This document shows, piece by piece, positions 23,220 to 64,000 of a stretch of DNA of 64,000 nt (positions are counted from its first letter, which is position 1; the number at the start of each line of letters is the position of its first letter). The notes below the pieces were generated by a model. It was given only the letters and a program-made list of their open reading frames with translations. It did no database searches and was not told where the DNA came from. A program made the position numbers and the translations under genes. This stretch comes from Paraspadella gotoi (Eukaryota; Animalia; Chaetognatha), in NCBI GenBank assembly GCA_051294375.1, contig JBJCIZ010000239.1:6157074-6221073 (forward strand), in the 5' to 3' direction.

Positions 23220-23880
23220 CAGCGGGCATGTTCAGGCTTCTCTCTATCTCTCTTTTAATTATATGTCGCTCTCTCTTTCTCTCTTTTTTCGTTCTAAATT
23301 AGGGGAAGCCCTCTCAATGGGGTGAATCAAAAATTAGTATGGGAAAACAAATCTGCTCAAACGAAAATTTAGCAATTTTTTAAAAGTATCACTTTTTCAA
23401 TGTGATACAAAAAATTTTTTTATATGGATCTATACCCTAAATATTTATTCTTTTTAATATTTATGTATATAGATAGGAAAAGAGTATTGGGCCCTACCTC
23501 AGATTCGTGGAAAAACGAGTTCAGCTCTGCGCGGCGGTCCCAGCTTCTCTCTATCTCTCTCTCTCACTCTTTCTCTCTCTCTCTCTCTGAATTATTTTTT
23601 CTTCTGAATAGGGGAAGCCCCTCTCAAAGGAGGTGAGTCAAAAATTTAGTTTGGGAAACCAAGCTCAAAGGAAAAATTTATACATTTTTAATATATATAA
23701 CTTTCAATGTACAAAAAAATTTCTTATATGACTTTATTACCCCAAGTAGTTTATTTTTTATATATTTAATTATAGAAAGGAAAGGAGTTCGCACCCTATT
23801 CAGATTCTGTTAAAAACACGAGCTTCAGGCTCTGAAAGGCGGCTATCCAGCGGCTGTCCAGGCTTTCTCTCTCTCGTCTC
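23220..23880. repeat. ~320-bp tandem duplication (2+ units, noisy)
   Basis: TAGGGGAAGCCC(C)TCTCAA..GGTGA.TCAAAAATT at ~23300 and ~23609, with colinear downstream sequence. Confidence 0.7.
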
Positions 23881-25012
23881 TCACTGTGTCTCTCTCTCTT
23901 TGTCTCTCGTACATCTGGTCTCTTCCATCTGATGTTCTCCTCTCTTCTCGTCTGCTCGTACCTTTCTCTTATCTAAGTACGATCTCTTTGCGTGATCGTT
24001 GCGGTTTTTCGAAAAATTATATTTGAATTATTTTCTCTCTTTCAAAACTATATTGATCGCATTTATTCGCCGCTTTTTTCTCAATACAAAAATCCCAAAT
24101 TTACATCCGAGTTTTTTTCTGATTTATTTTACGGCTTCTGAGATTTAGTTCAGAATAGATTTTATGTTTGGAAACCAATAGTTCGTACACTCTCTCTCTT
24201 TCTCTCTTTCATACACGGCGTTTGTATTGATATTTACGACTGAATGACTCATCGCGTCAATGAATGACATCATATCCGCATCAGTGGAATTGATATTATA
24301 ATCAAGCACTCAAATCAATTGTATCAATTTTTGGTTATCATCGCATCGCAATTATTGGTTATCATCGCATTAATAGAATTACTATTACGATATCAATGCA
24401 ATTACAAAAATCAATCAATGTATACTATTACGATCAATCAATCTCATTACACTATTATAAGTCAATCAGTTCAATCAATCACTATGGTTATCATCACATC
24501 AATGGAATTGATTATCCATAACGCCCATGAATGCTTATCATCATAATCAGTGTAACATTATCATCGTACCATAGTCGACGAGGCGAAACTCGCAATCGCC
24601 ACTTCTCTATCTAATAATCGTCTCTCAAAAATAAAAAACAAATTTCTATCTTTTTTTTGCCGGTTTATTGGGTTTAACTCATCAAACAATGTTTCTAAGT
24701 ATTCAGTTCCATTAGTTAACGGCCAGTGAAAATGTGTATTTATTTTCCTTTTTTATATCCATTCCAAGTATTTTTTGCTTTTGAATTTCCACATATCATT
24801 ATGATTACTGCAGTAGCTGCAAATTAGATTATAGGTACTTTTTGCATTAATACTTTCTTTGATAAGTAAGGTCGTGCGAGATCCTTCTATACTCTATTAA
24901 GATTTTTTTTAATGTTTTCTTGAATGAATTATGTTTATTTTTTCGGAGTACGTATAGATATTTGGATTGGAGGAAAGGATCGAGAGGAGAGAGAAGAGAA
25001 TGAGAGAGAGAG

Positions 25013-25045
<33 letters not shown>

Positions 25046-25946
25046 CATGCCAATTCCATTTATTTTCTCGACGTTGACAAGTGGTGCCATGTAATGGAAA
25101 GTTTGTCCTTTCAAATTCCCATTCGTTTTACGCAAATCTCCCGCCCCCACTCTACCCCTTCTTCCTCTTTTCTCCACTCCTGTCTTTCTTTTCTTTCCTC
25201 CTATCTTTTCTTTCTCACTCTTTCTTTCTTTTTTGACTTCCTTCTTCCACTTCTTTTCTTCTTTGCTATATTCTCTAACCCTTCTATCTTTCTTTCTTCT
25301 TTTTCTAATTCTCTCATCTTTCTTTCTCTCTCTTTCATTTCTCTTCACTCCTTCTTCCTCTTCTTCCCTCTGTCTCTTTCCTCTCCTCTCTCCCTTTCCC
25401 TTTCCTTCACCCTCGTAAATAAAGGGTTCCACGAGGGGATTGATCTCATGTTGAATCGAAAGGCGAAATTGTTTACGCGAATCCTAATCTTATCAGCCGA
25501 AGCAGAACTAAGGGAGAAGGCCCATCATCGGTGAGACTTTACAATAAATCGCCTTACAATAGTGTAACCATTGACAGAGACTTTATCGATATTCGTATTT
25601 CTGAAAGCCAAACTAATTTCCTCATGCCGACAAAGAAATTCGGAAGTTCAAGAATATTTCAAAATTATAATCATCTCTTACATTGTGTTTTATCGTTAAC
25701 TTAAAAAAACAAAAAACAATGAAATTATGGTTTATTGATGATAATTTTTAACAGTTTTTTTTTTGGTTAACTTTAATTTTTATTTAAATAACATAAAAAT
25801 CTTGTGGTGACAACTTTGTTTTTTTCACGGCCGACGGGTAATATTTATTTCTCCAGATGATTAAATATACTTCACTGAACTAATTGATAAAAGTTTTAGC
25901 ACAAATCGAGTACCAGTTTAGTTTCATTTATTTCCCTTTTGTCCAG

Positions 25947-26089
25947 GCAATCTCGACCCAGCGGAGCCCGTCTATCTGGACGGATCCTTGCAGACTCGCG
26001 GCGACGAGGAGCAATACGCCAACGTTGGCGGTCAATACGCCAACGATGGCCGTCAATACGCCAGCGTCGACCGCAAAAACAATACTTGA
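25947..26089 (+). CDS. Probable terminal exon encoding a tyrosine-motif tail
   Basis: Polypyrimidine-CAG acceptor, then (G)NLDPAEPVYLDGSLQTRGDEEQYANVGGQYANDGRQYASVDRKNNT-TGA. Not in the ORF track because it has no start codon. Confidence 0.6.
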
Positions 26090-26446
26090 CGATCTTATAT
26101 TTTTTTTTCTGTCTATCATGTAGATTGTGAATTGTATACATTTTTTTTTACTATGGAAATAAAAATATACGTGGATATTGTGCCGGTTAAATCATAATTT
26201 ATTTTTAAGAATAAAGGTTAATAAGACATTTATTCTCTCGCTCTTTCTCTCTATTATTGTTAGATTAACTTAGTCCTCCTCGCTCTCTCTCTCTCTCTTT
26301 CTGTTTCTCTCTTTCTATCTCTATTTCCTTATCACTTTCTTTCTTTCTTTCTTTCTTTCTTTCTCACATTCTCTCCAACCTTAAAATTTAAAATCAACTT
26401 TATAAGTCCTTTAATTTATTCATTTTTCGATTCATAANNNNNNNNN

Positions 26447-63791
<37,345 letters not shown>

Positions 63792-63825
63792 CTGCGACGT
63801 TTTAAGGAAATCACCCAGTAACTGG

Positions 63826-64000
63826 TTCTCTTTTCCGAAACTGCCCCATTTTGGTTTATCCCAGAATTAAATTTTAATCTTAATATTTAACCAAAATATA
63901 TTTTTAAACTTTTAAATCAATCCCTAACTATAATTCATAATCCTAACCTTATCATGAACCTTAACCCTAACCCTAAACCTTTTCCCTAACTTTTAACTCT
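63826..64000. mobile_element. Left end of a telomere-core MITE (truncated by the window edge)
   Basis: TTTTCCGAAACTGCCCCATTTT followed by degenerate CCCTAA. Confidence 0.6.

Overview
This is eukaryotic (most likely invertebrate animal) draft-assembly DNA: AT-rich introns, GC-rich low-complexity exons with GT-AG boundaries, many microsatellites and N gaps. There are no prokaryotic operons, rRNA or CRISPR. Supportable coding content: (i) a + strand multi-exon type-I membrane protein (~9.5-15.5 kb); (ii) a + strand terminal exon with repeated tyrosine motifs (~26 kb); (iii) a long run of minus-strand low-complexity exons (~26-64 kb); (iv) weak + strand exons at 2-5.5 kb. Mobile elements include a Penelope-like GIY-YIG remnant with inverted 3' tails, each carrying a minimal hammerhead ribozyme; a 3.5-kb LTR element with a 4-bp TSD and apparently reversed CA...TG termini; a 0.6-kb miniature LTR element with a hairpin-packed LTR; a Kolobok-type MITE; Helentron-like elements; MITEs with telomere-like cores; and a dispersed 326-bp tandem-monomer family. 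Two large near-tandem duplications (14-16 vs 16-22 kb; 25.7-30.3 vs 30.3-40.7 kb) look like noisy long-read gap-filling artefacts or a second haplotype. All calls were made by eye, and gene models and some boundaries are approximate.
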